64,000 bases of DNA, taken from Octopus sinensis. Taxonomy: Eukaryota. The position numbers and the translations under genes were made by a program. The notes below the pieces were generated by a model. The model was not told the origin of the DNA. It made no database searches and saw only the letters and a list, made by a program, of their open reading frames with translations. The DNA lies in contig NC_043011.1 in assembly GCF_006345805.1 (NCBI RefSeq), positions 30,392,464 to 30,456,463 on the forward strand. Reading direction: 5' to 3'. Positions 23,829 to 37,311 of the stretch are shown piece after piece (position 1 is the stretch's first letter; the number at the start of each line of letters is the position of its first letter).

Positions 23829-24191
23829 GTATGTATGTATGTATGTATGTATGTATGTATGTATGTATGTGACCGCGTGTGTATCGTTGGCAGTTTTTTT
23901 CTTACATCTTCCCTTCCTTGGATCTTTCCTTTTTCTATGTTTCTGACAAAGAGCTCCGCTTTCCTTTCCTGAGCGTCCAATAACGCTATACTTGTTCCAC
24001 GTCCTCGCGTTGTTGTGTTTTCTCTTTGTGTTTTCATGTTTGGATTAACTCTATGTGTATATGTATATATATATATGTATGTATATAATAAAATATTAGG
24101 GAATAAATCCAAACTTACAAGGGAAAAATCAAATTTAGGATTGAATCCAATTTTATAGTAAAATATTATATTATATATATATATATATATA

Positions 24192-24237
<46 letters not shown>

Positions 24238-24303
24238 CGGGGTGAGTACTTGATAATTATAAGCACCTGTGTATACCAATTGGTGGTGTAGGTGGTGGAG
24301 TAA

Positions 24304-24968
24304 ATGATCAAAATAAAAACATGATGCCAGGATTCAGCGGTACATATGTTTCGGGCCTTTATTAGACAGATTTATAACAATGCATAATGTATGTCTGTGG
24401 CCTTCTTCAGGCCGCGCACAACAGCTTCCACAAGGACATGTGTTACATCAAAAATTCTTGGTTGGGGATGCAAATCCTCTCATTTGCGTACGACATAATG
24501 CGGCAACAGCATAGAATTGAAGCGTCCATCTCTTTCTTCTCTCAATGTAGAATGAGGAAATTTGGATGTTGAAGTAATGTAAATAATAAATACATATATA
24601 GACGTGAAGATGGAGGGGCGAGAATTCAGGACGAGGGATAAAAAATGTATAAAAAGTGTAAGTATAGAAAAATATAAATGTAGAGTATAAAGATATAAAG
24701 GGATATAAGGAGATGTAAAGGGGATATAAAGAATATAAAGAAATATAAAGAAATATAAATGAATGTAAAGCCATAAGGTTATAGAGTAAAAATAGAAATA
24801 GAAATAAAAGTAAAAGGTAAAAAGTAAAAAAATAAAAATAGGAATAAACATGATAAAAATGTAAAAAAATGTAAAAAAAATATTAAAAAATATAAAGATA
24901 AGGGATGTGTAGAGGTTACGGACCAAACATGGTGGTCAGGAGATTGATAAGATTTAGTTGTAGAAGTT
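24304..24968 (-). repeat. Left arm of a ~600-bp inverted repeat (probably PLE-derived)
   Basis: Reverse complement of 25501-26105, with an extra ~55-bp insert near 24390-24443. Confidence 0.9.
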
Positions 24969-25500
24969 TTGGGTGTCAATAAATCAGGGTCGTCTGGGAC
25001 CTAGTGTGTTGTAAATCAGAGCTGTTGAGCGTTTAATCTAGTTCTTTGAATTAATTGGTCATCTTGTGCATACATACCATCATGGATACATACACCCATA
25101 TACACGCGCACATATACGCGCGCACATATACGCGCGCATACACGGCTCCAAGCCTATAAGCATACACACGCACTCACGTGTAAACATGTACATAAACACA
25201 CGTACACCCACACGCACGCGCGTACATATACATACATACAACAGAATATCCGCATATACACACGGACATTATATGTGTACACACCCATATATACATACGT
25301 GCGTCCATCCTTACATACACATACACATATGCCCACGCTTCCAGGTTTAGATATAAGATATTAAAGGATGTATATAAGAACGTATGTAAAGAATCACGCA
25401 CTCACGTCTACACGTGCACGCACACACGGCTGTGTGTCTATGTGTGCGTGCACATATACACTTACATACACACACAGAGACATACGCGCATACGACATTC

Positions 25501-26103
25501 TTCTACAACTAAATCTTATCAATCTCCTGACCACCATGTTTGGTCCGTAACCTCTAAACATCCCTTATCTTTATATTTTTTAATATTTTTTTTACATTTT
25601 TTTACATTTTTATCATGTTTATTCCTATTTTTATTTTTTTACTTTTTACTTTTATTTCTATTTCTATTTTTACTCTATAACCTTATGCCTTTACATTCAT
25701 TTATATTTCTTTATATTTCTTTATATTCTTTATATCCCCTTTACATCTCCTTATATCCCTTTATATCTTTATACTCTACATTTTTATATTTTTCTATACT
25801 TACACTTTTTATACATTTTTTATCCCTCGTCCTGAATTCTCGCCCCTCCATCTTCACGTTTATATATGTATTTATTTATTTACATTACTTCACATCCAAA
25901 TTTCCTCATTCTACATTGAGAGAAAAAGAGATGGACGCTTCAATTCTATGCTGTTGCCGCATTATTCGTACGCGAAAGAGAGGATTTGCATCCCCAACCA
26001 AGAATTTTTGATGTAACACATTATGCATTGTTATAAATCTGTCTAATAAAGGCCCGAAACATATGTACCGCTGAATCCTTGGCATCATGTTTTTATTTTG
26101 ATC

Positions 26104-26105
<2 letters not shown>
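25501..26105 (+). repeat. Right arm of the inverted repeat, with degenerate HHR-like motif
   Basis: TTCTACAACTAAATCTTATC...GATCAT; CTGT-CTAATAA-AGGCCC-GAAA-CATATG-TA near 26040-26068. Confidence 0.9.
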
Positions 26106-26176
<71 letters not shown>

Positions 26177-26178
26177 TA

Positions 26179-26210
<32 letters not shown>

Positions 26211-26507
26211 TATAGGTGTCATTCGTTACGGCCGTTTTTTAACGAATTTTTGAATTGATCAATGGCTATATGGTATTATAAAAAAAGTTTTCTTAAGATG
26301 GATACACGAGTTTTGCTACTAAGGACATTTAAAAAAAATGTTAAATCCACGGCTCATACATATTTGGTGATTCCACGATCGACACATGTCGTTGAAATAC
26401 CAGTATAGGTATTCGTCTATAATTGCTGCCTGCATTTTAATTTTGACCTAAAACGGTGCCTTACCTTTAAGTACCTTATTCAGCTGAATCTTAAGATCTA
26501 TTTTATT

Positions 26508-26700
26508 CTTTTATTTGTTTCGGGCATTTAGCTGGGGAGCACCGTCTTAAAGGGTTTTAGTCGAAGAGATCAACCCCAGGACTTATACTTTGTGAGCCTA
26601 GTACTTTTTCTATCGAACTCTTTTGCCAAACTGCTAAGTTACGGGGACATAAATACACCAGTATTGGTTGTCAAGCGATTGCGAAGAGACAAACACAGGA
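26508..26700 (-). mobile_element. SINE family B, 3' half
   Basis: GGAGCACCG...CTGCTAAGTTACGGGGACATAAATACACCAG. Confidence 0.75.
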
Positions 26701-27123
26701 ACACACATATGAACGCATACACACACACACACCTATATGTAAGTATATATATATAAGAGATAATGGTGTCATTGAGATCCAAAGGTGCCAGGTAATGCTG
26801 AATAAGTGCTATAGAGAGACCATAGTTAAGTTCCAGATTCGGTAATATTGCGAATAAAGGGTTCAACGTTGGTTCTATGTCAGCGTGTGTATATAAGAAC
26901 TTTTTTTGCGTAATAAGATAACAAAACCAAGGCTGTGTAGATATTAGAGCAGTTATAGATAGAAGATCTTACAGCTGATTCTAGGATATTAATTGATAAT
27001 ATCCCCTCATCGGAGACGGTGTGAGAGGAAAAATTAAGTCATAGTTAGTTTCGATGTGATACAAAATAGAGAGTGAGGTTGAGGAAAGAAAATAGATGTA
27101 AGATATGTATGGGTAGGGGTATT

Positions 27124-27188
<65 letters not shown>

Positions 27189-27194
27189 TATATT

Positions 27195-27350
27195 ACGACT
27201 GGCTTCTTTCAATTTCCACTCCAACCAAATCTGCTCACAAGGCTTTGGTCGGCCCGAGGCTATACTAGAAGACACTTGCCCGAGGTCCAATGCAGTGGGA
27301 CTGAAACCAGAACCATGTGGTTGGGAAGCAAGCTTCTTACCACACAGCCA
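27195..27350 (-). mobile_element. SINE family B, 5' half
   Basis: CAAGGCTTTGGTCGGCCCGAGGCTATA..GAAGACACTTGCCC. Confidence 0.8.
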
Positions 27351-27380
27351 CGTGAGTGTGTGTGTGCGTGTGTCTGTCTG

Positions 27381-27610
27381 TTACATTCTGAGTTCAACTA
27401 CAATCGAGTTCAACTTTGCTTTTCATTCTTCTGGAGTCGATAAAATTAAGCTCAAGTCAAATGCTAGGCGTCGATTCAATCTAGACCCAAACTGTTCGAA
27501 TACACTCTGTTCTAGCATAGTGCAACAGTTCCCAAATCTCAACGTAACTGTGAGTCAACGACTGCAGGTAGTGCCTCGATTCAACGGTTGGAGTACACTA
27601 CCGTCGATTC
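27381..27610 (+). mobile_element. SINE family F
   Basis: TTCTGAGTTCAA..CGAGTTCAACTTTGCTTTTCATTCTTCTGGAGTCGATAAAATTAAG then a tail shared with 23500-23720. Confidence 0.7.
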
Positions 27611-28036
27611 TCTCTCACACACACACCACCATCATCATCGTCGTCATTATCATTGTCGTCATCATCTTCGACGTCGTCGTCATCATCATCATCATCATCA
27701 TCCTCATCATAATCATCTTTCACTTACACAGACACGCCTTCTCTCTTTAAGAAGCAGTCCTCATCAAAATGGTAACGCAAAGATAAAAATATATATGGAA
27801 CGAATGTATTTTTTCTTCACAATCATTTATCCTAATGAAAATAATTATAGTTCGTATATGTTATCTATAAACATCACATTTGTTTAAAATACACAGTCCG
27901 TTAGTAAGAATGACTCGGTGACTAATAATACAAACCTCGAATCTTTATATATTAGGATAGCCTACTTATCTCTCTCTCTCTTTCTCTCGCTCTCTCGCTC
28001 TCTCTCTTACTATCTATCTATCTATCTATCTATCTG

Positions 28037-28103
<67 letters not shown>

Positions 28104-28985
28104 GTCTGTCTATATTCACATACACACACTCACATGTAATACACACATACAAGTATATCAAATGCATTATGCATGTACATTGATATATGCATACACTCCT
28201 TCGCATTAATTTAATCGAAGATGGTCATTCACTCTGTTGCTTTACCGTTTCCACCATTACGCTCCTCTTCAAAGATACACAAAGAACATGATAGTGACAA
28301 GAAACTTGGAGTTGCGATTAAGTAACGGTCATTGATGTTGTTGCTGTTGTGGTGATGGTGTCGGCTGAATAGTTGATCTGTTTGCAGTGAACAAAAAGTC
28401 TTGAGATGGTTTCCGTCACCACATAAGTGAAACGTTGGCTTTATACCCTCAATGGTTACGTACAGGATACATTATGTGATCCGTTTGGATCAGTAGTTCC
28501 ATCCCTTGGTCCGACCAATTTTGCTTCTGCAACCTCTGGACCAGCAGAATATTAGTTTTGGCCACTATATGAAAGAGAACCGTTGCCACCAACCAGGAGA
28601 CATTTTCTTCTGTGAACTCATCAACGATCTTACTACCCTACGGCCAAAGTAATTTGGCCCGAGGACCAGTCCATCACTCTTTAGTATAATTGCGGAATGC
28701 TTCCTGATATCATCCTCTGTCGGGGAGTATCACCTCATTTCCCCTTACTTTTCCCCTTGCGACGTTTGGCGCCCCAGGTTGGTCTGAGGCACTTTTCTAT
28801 TTACTGTTATGTGAATTGCACACAACATATATAAGATTTTTTTTAATTGTCGGAGAGATTATCGCATATTTAATTCTATGTTTCGTCTAGACCTCATAAG
28901 ATATTGGCACATTTTAATCCGTGTGACGTTAATCTATCACAGCCTCCTGTCGCATGGCATTTGCGAACCTGATAAGCTTAGATAT

Positions 28986-29199
28986 TTACTTGTTTCAGTC
29001 ATTTGACTGTGACCATGCTGGAGCACCGCCTTTAATCGAGCAAATCGACCCCAGGACTTATTCTTTGTAAACCTAGTATTTATTCTATCGGTCTCTTTTG
29101 CCGAACCGCTAAGTTACGGTGACGTAAACACACTAACATCGGTTGTCAAGCGATGTTGGGGGACAAACACAGACACACAAACATATACACACACATACA

Positions 29200-29231
<32 letters not shown>

Positions 29232-29232
29232 C

Positions 29233-29286
<54 letters not shown>

Positions 29287-29455
29287 GTATACGACGGGCT
29301 TCTTTCAGTTTCCGTCTACCAAATCCACTCACAAGGCTTTGGTCTGCCCGAGGCTATAGTAGAAGACACTTGCCCAAGGTGCCACGCAGTGGGACTGAAC
29401 CCAGAACCATGTGGCCTTTAAGCAAGCTACTTACCACACATCCACTTCTACGCCT
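28986..29455 (-). mobile_element. SINE family B, full length
   Basis: Both halves present on minus. Confidence 0.9.
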
Positions 29456-29689
29456 GTTAATATTTTGTTTTTACTTTGTTTTGTATCGCTGTTAAATTGT
29501 GGTAGTGATGATGAAAGTGGAAATTTTCAGGTGCATCGAATTTGATTGTTCTTCTTTCTATTTTACAACTACATTTTTGTTGTTGCCTTGCTGCTTTTGT
29601 TGTTGTTGTTGATACTTTGATGTTCATTATTGATGTTTATTACACACATGTGAGTGAGAACACTTTGAGATATTTTTGGTATCTAACAT

Positions 29690-30047
29690 ATGTCAGATAC
29701 TGCGAGCGCTGCTTCTGATTGGTCAATCCATGGTGATGACCCGAGGTCACGGTGACAGCGCTGCTTCTGATTGGTCAATTCATGGTGATGACCCGAGGTC
29801 ACGGTGACGGCACTACTTTTGTCATTCATAAGTTACAACTAAACGTGAAGAATTTAGTTATTGGTTAATAAAATATGGTCGTTTATTCGTGTGTAATAAA
29901 TAAAATACCAAACGAGTTCCCTATGGATACCGTATTTATTACAACTCGTGGCTTGTAAACGTATCTAACGAGCGAAAGCGAGTTAGATACGTTTACAAGC
30001 CACTCGTTGTAATAAATACAGTATCCATAGGGAACTCGTTTGGTATT
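29690..30047. mobile_element. Putative non-autonomous DNA element: 52-bp direct repeat x2 plus terminal 66-bp-arm palindrome
   Basis: Repeats at 29706-29757 and 29758-29809; hairpin 29904-30047 with loop GAGCGAAAGCGA. Confidence 0.6.
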
Positions 30048-30463
30048 CTCTCTTTATTCCACCGGTACTGGTGTTGACAACAGTGGAAGTGATAGAGTTA
30101 TTTTCCTAAGTCTTTCTCTTTGTATTGTTTTCATCGGTATCGTGGCTGTTGTTGAATTTGCTATTGTAGTATACACAATCTCTGTTAACAGAGAGTAGTG
30201 GGAAATAAGTAACATATTAGCTGTTGGGACAACCGATTGCCCTTCGATTTGTTAATCCAAGTTTTTTTTTTTTTTTAATATATAACTTTGCTATTAAAAC
30301 GTTTCGAAATTCTCACAAAGTGAACTACCCTGAAAGGATGCTGGTTGTCTTAATATCAAAACATTAAAACATTACAAAAAAAAAGAAAAGAAAATTACTT
30401 TCTTCAAAACAACAAAATCCAATAGCTTACGATCTCCAGAACTGTTCTTTGTCTCACAAACAC

Positions 30464-30510
<47 letters not shown>

Positions 30511-30536
30511 GAAGAAGAAGAATAATAACAATAATT

Positions 30537-30747
30537 CTTTCTACTATAGGCACAAGGCCTGAAATTTTGGGAAGGGGCTAAATCGATTATATGGACCCCA
30601 ATACTCAACAGACACTTATTTTATCGGCCTCGAAAAGATGAAAGGCAAAGTCGACCTCGGCAAAATTTGAACTCAGAACGTAGCGATGGACGAAACGCTG
30701 CTAAGCATTTTGCCTGGCGTGTTAACGATTCTGCCAGCTCGCCACCT
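30537..30747 (-). mobile_element. SINE family C
   Basis: Flanked by (TAA)n; full head and tail on minus. Confidence 0.85.
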
Positions 30748-30779
30748 TAATAATAATAATAATAATAATGAAAACAATA

Positions 30780-30985
30780 CTTTCTACTATAGGCACAAGG
30801 CCTGAAATTTCGTGGGAGGAGCTAAGTCGATTACATCGACCTCCGTGCTCAGTAGGTATTGATTTTATCGACCCCGAAAGGATAAAAGGTATAGTTGACC
30901 TCGGAGGAATTTGAACTCATAATATAAAAACGGAAGAAATGCTGCTAAGCATTTTTGCCCACCATGCTAACTATTCTGCCAGGTG
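30780..30985 (-). mobile_element. SINE family C
   Basis: Second minus copy directly adjacent. Confidence 0.8.
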
Positions 30986-31091
30986 GTGACCTAGCAGAAT
31001 TGTTAGCGTAATAATAAAAATAATAATGGTTTCAAATTTGGGCCCAAGGCCAGTAAGTTCGGCGGTGGTGTTCGGCGGAATTTGAACACAC

Positions 31092-31134
<43 letters not shown>

Positions 31135-31139
31135 TATTA

Positions 31140-31170
<31 letters not shown>

Positions 31171-31174
31171 TATT

Positions 31175-31382
31175 AAGCGAGCTAACAGAATCGTTAGTAC
31201 GCTGGACGAAATGCTTAGCGGTATTTCGCCCGTCGCTACGTTCTGAGTTCAAATTCCACCGAGGTCGACTTTGCCTTTCATCCTTTCGGGGTCGATAAAC
31301 TAAGTGACAGTTACGCACTGGGGTTGATGTAATCGACTAGTCTCCTCCCACCAAATCTCAGGCCTTGTGTCTAGAGTAGAAA
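31175..31382 (+). mobile_element. SINE family C
   Basis: Follows (ATT)n; GCGAGCTAACAGAATCGTTAG...GGTCGACTTTGCCTTTCATCCTTTCGGGGTCGATAAA. Confidence 0.85.
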
Positions 31383-31437
31383 GGATTATTATTATTATAA
31401 TTAATTTATTATCATCATTATTATTATTATTATTATT

Positions 31438-31984
31438 GAGTGAGAGAGCAGTTCATGCCATCAAAGTGACACTGGGGTAAAATATACGAAGCCCAATATA
31501 CCCATCATGACTACCCGTCTGATAAAGGTACACCAGGCACATGCATCACAACCATATGTGCGCGACATGGTGATCTCATATCAAGATAAACAGCACATGA
31601 CCTTGCAGGTGGGGCCCAGTTAGAATTTTCTTCAGGTTGAGTAGCCCATCCCGCTCAAACGGTCCCTGAATAAGGGTTGTTTAAGGATGTTGAAAGAACC
31701 ACCCATGTTTCCAGAGGTGAACTATTCAAACCCCAAAGAATCCCTCTCAACACATGGCTATGATGCTCCCCCACTACTTCTGCTCGTGATCAGAGATGCA
31801 CATATCGTCAGCCACTAAGGGACATGCTCAACTGGTTAAGGTCAAACAACTGACAAGCAAATCTGTGGTATTGAGCAGAATATTTGCTGTAGCCCATCTT
31901 TTATACCAAGACAAAACAATGTACATGATAACACTTCCAATCAGTTAAGATCAGAAGCCATGAGAGCCACTGCCTGGTACTGCA

Positions 31985-31985
<1 letters not shown>
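31438..31985 (-). mobile_element. ~550-bp non-coding retroelement in (TAA)n, copy 1
   Basis: Near-identical to 32172-32728; minus strand ends ...CTCTCTCACTC(AAT)n. Confidence 0.8.
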
Positions 31986-32053
<68 letters not shown>

Positions 32054-32070
32054 CATTACTATCATTATTA

Positions 32071-32171
<101 letters not shown>

Positions 32172-32728
32172 GAGTGAGAGAGCAGTTCATGCCATCAAAG
32201 TGACACTGGGGTAAAATATACGAAGCCCAATATACCCATCATGACTACCCGTTTGATAAGGGTACACTAGGCACATGCATCACAACCATATGTGCGCGAC
32301 ATGGTGATCTCATATCAAGATAAACAGCACATGACCTTGCAGGTGGGGCCCAGTTAGAATTTTTTCAGGTTGAGTAGCCCATCCCGCTTAAATGGTCCCT
32401 GAATAAGGGTTGTTTAAGGATGTTGAAAGAACCACCCATGTTTCCAGAGGTGAATTATTCAAACCCCAAAAAATCCCTCTCAACACATGGCTATGATGCT
32501 CCCCCACTACTTCTGCTCGTGATCAGAGATGCACACATCGTCAGCCACTAAGGGACATGCTCAACTGGTTAAGCTCAAACAACTGACAAGCAAATCTGTG
32601 GTATTGAGCAGAATATTTGCTGTAGCCCATCTTTTATACCAAGACAAAACAATGTACATGATAACACTTCCAATCAGTTAAGATCAGAAGCCATGAGAGC
32701 CACTGCCTGGTACTGCATCAGGGCATTT
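32172..32728 (-). mobile_element. ~550-bp non-coding retroelement in (TAA)n, copy 2
   Basis: As above, with an extra 5' AAATGCCCTG; a diverged 3'-end fragment lies at about 50405-50465. Confidence 0.8.
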
Positions 32729-32749
32729 ATTATTATTATTATTATTATA

Positions 32750-32784
<35 letters not shown>

Positions 32785-32789
32785 CATCA

Positions 32790-32829
<40 letters not shown>

Positions 32830-33467
32830 CATATAATTTATTTTGCTACCAGATCTAAATCATGTATAAACACGTGTTAAAAAAATGTTTAGAAGACGTG
32901 TGAGAATATATAAATACGTTGTTATATAAAAATGATAGGCGTGGCAAGAATCTCATACAAGTTATACAATATATATATAGTAAGACAAGTTAAACGCTTG
33001 TCATAAAACTGTATAGAATAAGTCGAACAATATTTGTGAATGTGTGAACCAAATCATGATCAACGGAAGAAAGGCTGACAAGCACAAAAGCTTATATCAA
33101 ACTCATTTAAAGAAACAGTAAAAAGAAAAATAATAATAAACAATAACAAATCCATAACCGTTAACCAGCTACTAACAACAACAACAACAACTGGAAAACA
33201 CACATTCCATTGTAACTACAGTAAAAATGAAAAAAAAAAACCCTTCGAAATGAATAAAATAAAAACTATGTTAACAATGCATAAACAAAATATAGGAATG
33301 CGGTGTAGGTAGAAATATTTCACCACCTATCCTTTAGTGAAATATGAGAGAAGGGGAAAGCGATCGTTTTTCTCTATTTCCGCGCCAAGAATTTGTGATG
33401 GTGGAGACGTTACAACAATCAACCAACTACACCAGGGGCAATATCTTTTGCACCTGTACTGTAAAAG

Positions 33468-33635
33468 TTAATGACAATGCCGTGAAAAGTTTTTACTTGC
33501 TGGTTTTTTTAATCACAATGCCGTGAAAATTTTACTTACTGTTTTTTTTTTTTAATGACAATGCCGTGAAAAGTTTACTAACTGGGTTTTTTTTAATGAC
33601 AATACCGTGAAAATTTTACTGTTCTTTTTTTTACC
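33468..33635 (+). repeat. ~40-bp minisatellite x4
   Basis: Unit AATGACAATGCCGTGAAAA(G)TTTAC..CTG(T)n. Confidence 0.85.
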
Positions 33636-34182
33636 GTCTTTAACAGACATCGGTTCCAGCAGTTGTAATTTCTAAGAAAATAATAGTATGACCAAGAGGG
33701 ATCGCTTGCACAAAGAACGAGACGCTACAATGAACACCATAAGCAATCTAAGCCCGAGCATCAGGAGAAGTATGGAAGGAATATAGAGGGAGTAGATCTG
33801 AATTTGGTTTGCAGAAGAACGATAGATATAGGAGGCAAGATTGATCTTTTACAAGACTGTCGCCAAAAAGTTCCAAACTCTTCTGAGACCCACGCCAGTG
33901 CAGAGGCCGTAAATATAACGAAGAGCTATAGAGTACTGTGTGGCATATGAGAAAGGAGTGACACCACGGTATGGTCTACTTCCTATAATATGATTGAAGC
34001 TTTGTATAAGGACGGATTCTTGGCGATTTGGTGCGGATTTCTGGTTTTAGACATTTTTTGATTTCGGATACTTCTTTTTTTTATTTTGCCAGATTTCAGC
34101 TTAATTATCTCCCCTTCCTTTATGTTGCGTCGTTTCGTTATTGATTTCATTGATGATTGACATATTTTTCTGTCTATTTTCT

Positions 34183-34510
34183 CTTTTACTTGTTTCAATC
34201 ATTTGACTGCGGCCATGCTGGAGCACCGCCTTTAGTCGAGCAAATCGACCGCAGGACTTATTCTTTGTAAGCCTAGTACTTATTCTATCGGTCTCTTTTG
34301 CCGAACCGCTAAGTTACGGGGGCGTAAACACACCAGCATCGGTTGTCAAGTGATGTTGGGGAGACAAACACAGACACACAAACATATGCATGCACACATG
34401 CATATATATACATATACACATATACGACGGGCTTCTTTCAGTTTCCGTCTACCAAATCCACTCACAAGGCTTTGGTCGGCCCGAGGCTATAGTAGAAGAC
34501 ACTTGCCACA
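34183..34510 (-). mobile_element. SINE family B, 5'-truncated
   Basis: Tail half plus GGCAAGTGTCTTCTACTATAGCCTCGGGCCGACC on minus. Confidence 0.85.
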
Positions 34511-36029
34511 AAGCCACATCTATATTTTCTGTATATCTGGTGCGGTTTATGTTCATCTGTTTTTATTAAGTCTGAGGTGACCAGGTTTGTGGTTTCTTTA
34601 TTATATTTCCTATGTCATCTTAAAGTATCATCCATGGAAATTATCTTCGTTTGTTCATTTGAAGATGTTCAGTTGTTTTTAATTCTCTAATAATTTCGAC
34701 CACCTTTAGGCTGTTATTTGCATGAAATTTACCTTTAAAATTTCCTATTGATATTTCTTTTTTCATTTTCTCTTTTATATTTTTGTCTATGTTGTTCTAA
34801 TTCGGTTTTTGCTGGTCATTATTCTCACCACTTCCTGGTACTGGCTCTCCACACCATGGAGCAGCATCAAACTAGTACTCAAGGAAATGTAGAAAAGTAT
34901 GTGATGACTTTATCTATTGCGATCCGATCTTTGGGATTGATTAGCCTCGAGGAGTAAGTTCTTGGACGAAACATTTCGAATTGTGGTTGGTGCTAGTTTT
35001 AATAAATTTTAATCTCATACGCTATTACTAGTGCAACTTTTTCTTAACATACCCGATTCATATCGTAATTTTTCTGAGTCATCTAGACAAGCTTTCCCAT
35101 TAAACAATAACAATTTTCTTTTCTTTTTTAGTACCCGATTTGCTGGCTTTTATACACTTTTACTTCCAACAGCTGTTTACTCGAATTGAAGGATGTTGTG
35201 CGACTATGTGTTCATTTCTCCTTTTTATAATGGCAACTTAAATAATGTCATTCATCCATCTTGAATAATGTTTTAAATAACGCCTTCTGCTTGCCTGAGA
35301 ACTTGCTCATGCAACAATTTCCAGTGTCTTCTGCTTGAATTCCTTGTTCTGGATTGCATTCTCCTAACACATTTCTAGTTGCATAAAATATTCTCTTCTC
35401 CGCTAATAACAAATTAGTATTGCAATATTCAGCCTTACTAAATTTATGATGTTCAATAGCCGTCCGTTTCAGTCTTTCCTAAACATAGAATCTACTCCAA
35501 CATATCTTCATGGTTGAAATTCGCTATGAATATTTAGAAAGTTCTCGTTGCACCTCTACCCGGCATCGTTGCAACTCTACCCTTTATCTATCGCTGAGTA
35601 TAAAAAAAATCAATATGAGACTATCTCAGTTATTGATCTCTCCACACAGGTTGTTTTTTTGATTTTATTATATAGCCTTTACAACTTCACTTGTAATTCC
35701 TTTCTTTCTGAGTTTCTCAGTCTGTAGCAATCCGAAACATTTATAGTTTCACCTTAAATCTATTATTGTTACAACTTTTTCCGTCTGGAAAAGAGACTTT
35801 CCTCTTCCCTTTTCTTCTGTTTTTATGATGTGTCTGGTACATTTGTCAATATCGAATTGATTTCTATTTCCCCATTGGGAATTAGCGCAGACCGCACCGA
35901 GATTACATCAGTTATTTGTTTTATGATTATGTTTGATGTCATGTGATGTCATGCATGAAGATTACGTCTTGTTTCTGTTCCCGGTTGCAAACAGTTTATA
36001 AACCTAGACGATCCGGCCGTACTATGCAC

Positions 36030-36064
<35 letters not shown>

Positions 36065-36090
36065 AGTGTGTGTGTGTGTGTGTGTATGTA

Positions 36091-36140
<50 letters not shown>

Positions 36141-36319
36141 ATATATTATATATATATGTATATATACGTACGCACACGTGTGTGTGCGTGGTTGTATGCA
36201 CATACAGAAATATAGATATATACATGCACACACACACAAACACACATATATATATATGCATACATACTTACATACATACATACATACATACATAAATACA
36301 TACATACATATATATATGC

Positions 36320-36400
<81 letters not shown>

Positions 36401-36657
36401 AATTACTGATACTGTTATTACTATGGTTAGTAACTGCTAAGGTTAATTGTAACTATAACTAGAAATTATGGGCGAAGTTGGAAAAGACTACAATAAAAAA
36501 GAACCAGACCAGACGAAAGGATCAATAACTATGTTGTATTCATAGTGAGATACTCCGCCACCATTCTCTCAGCGACGAATTAAGAATTCAATGACGGGTA
36601 GAGGTGTAACCGAGACCTTCTAAATATACACAGTGCCTTTCAGTCACGAAGATGTGT

Positions 36658-36874
36658 TGGTTTCAAATTTTTGCACAAGGCCAGCAGTTTTAAGGAGAGG
36701 GGTTTAGTCGATTACATCGATACCTGTGCTCATCAGGTACTTATTTTATCGACCCCGTAAGGATGTACTTGCAAAGTCGACCTCGGCGGAATTTGAACTC
36801 AGAACGTAAAGACGAACGAAACGCATCTGAGCACTTTGCCCGGCGTGCTGATCTTCCTGACAGCACGCCACCTT
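36658..36874 (-). mobile_element. SINE family C
   Basis: GCAAAGTCGACCTCGGCGGAATTTGAACTCAGAACG. Confidence 0.8.
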
Positions 36875-36955
36875 AAAGCCACGAAGATATACTGACGTAC
36901 ATTGTGTATTAAAGAAAGAGTGAAGCCAACGGCTATTCAGTGTACAAATCTGATA

Positions 36956-37090
36956 GGCGCAGGCGGGCTGTGAGGTAAAGTTTGCTTTCCAACTACATGA
37001 TACCGGGTTCAGTCCCACTGCGTGACATTTTGACCGAGTGCCTCCTACTATAGCTTCGAGCCAACTAAAGCCTTGTAAGCGTATTTGGAA
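36956..37090 (+). mobile_element. SINE family B, 5' half, diverged; 3' half resumes at about 37395-37605
   Basis: GGCGCAGGCGGGCTGTGAGGTAAAG...GGGTTCAGTCCCACTGCGTG. Confidence 0.75.
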
Positions 37091-37100
37091 GATGGAAAAA

Positions 37101-37200
37101 CTAGTATTAGTTTAACACTCGGGAAGGTGAGAAAGTCTTTTACATTTCGAGCCTACGCTCTTCAACAGAGAGGAATACGATCAAATAGAGAGAGAGAGAA
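37101..37200 (-). mobile_element. PLE pseudo-LTR-like fragment with variant HHR
   Basis: Minus CTCT-CTGTTGA-A-GAGC(GTAG)GCTC-GAAA-TG-TA-AAAG; related copy at 40075-40250. Confidence 0.5.
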
Positions 37201-37249
37201 TATATGTATATATATATATTTGTGTGTGTGTGTGTATACACATACATAC

Positions 37250-37311
<62 letters not shown>

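Noticed and set aside
29706-29809. Direct repeats as CRISPR-like arrays (also 33468-33635 and 22958-23007)
   Set aside because: Eukaryotic context, adjacent repeats without unique spacers, no cas genes
32660-32728. HDV-like ribozyme at the 5' end of the TAA-associated element
   Set aside because: A P4-like hairpin and a GG are present, but I could not find matching P1 or an L3 CC for P1.1
33660-33960. Possible RLE LINE C-terminal remnant
   Set aside because: Similarity too weak to support by eye
34760-35600. Possible CR1 RT remnant on minus (KAEYC.., FSIRVN-like)
   Set aside because: Only two short motifs amid many stops
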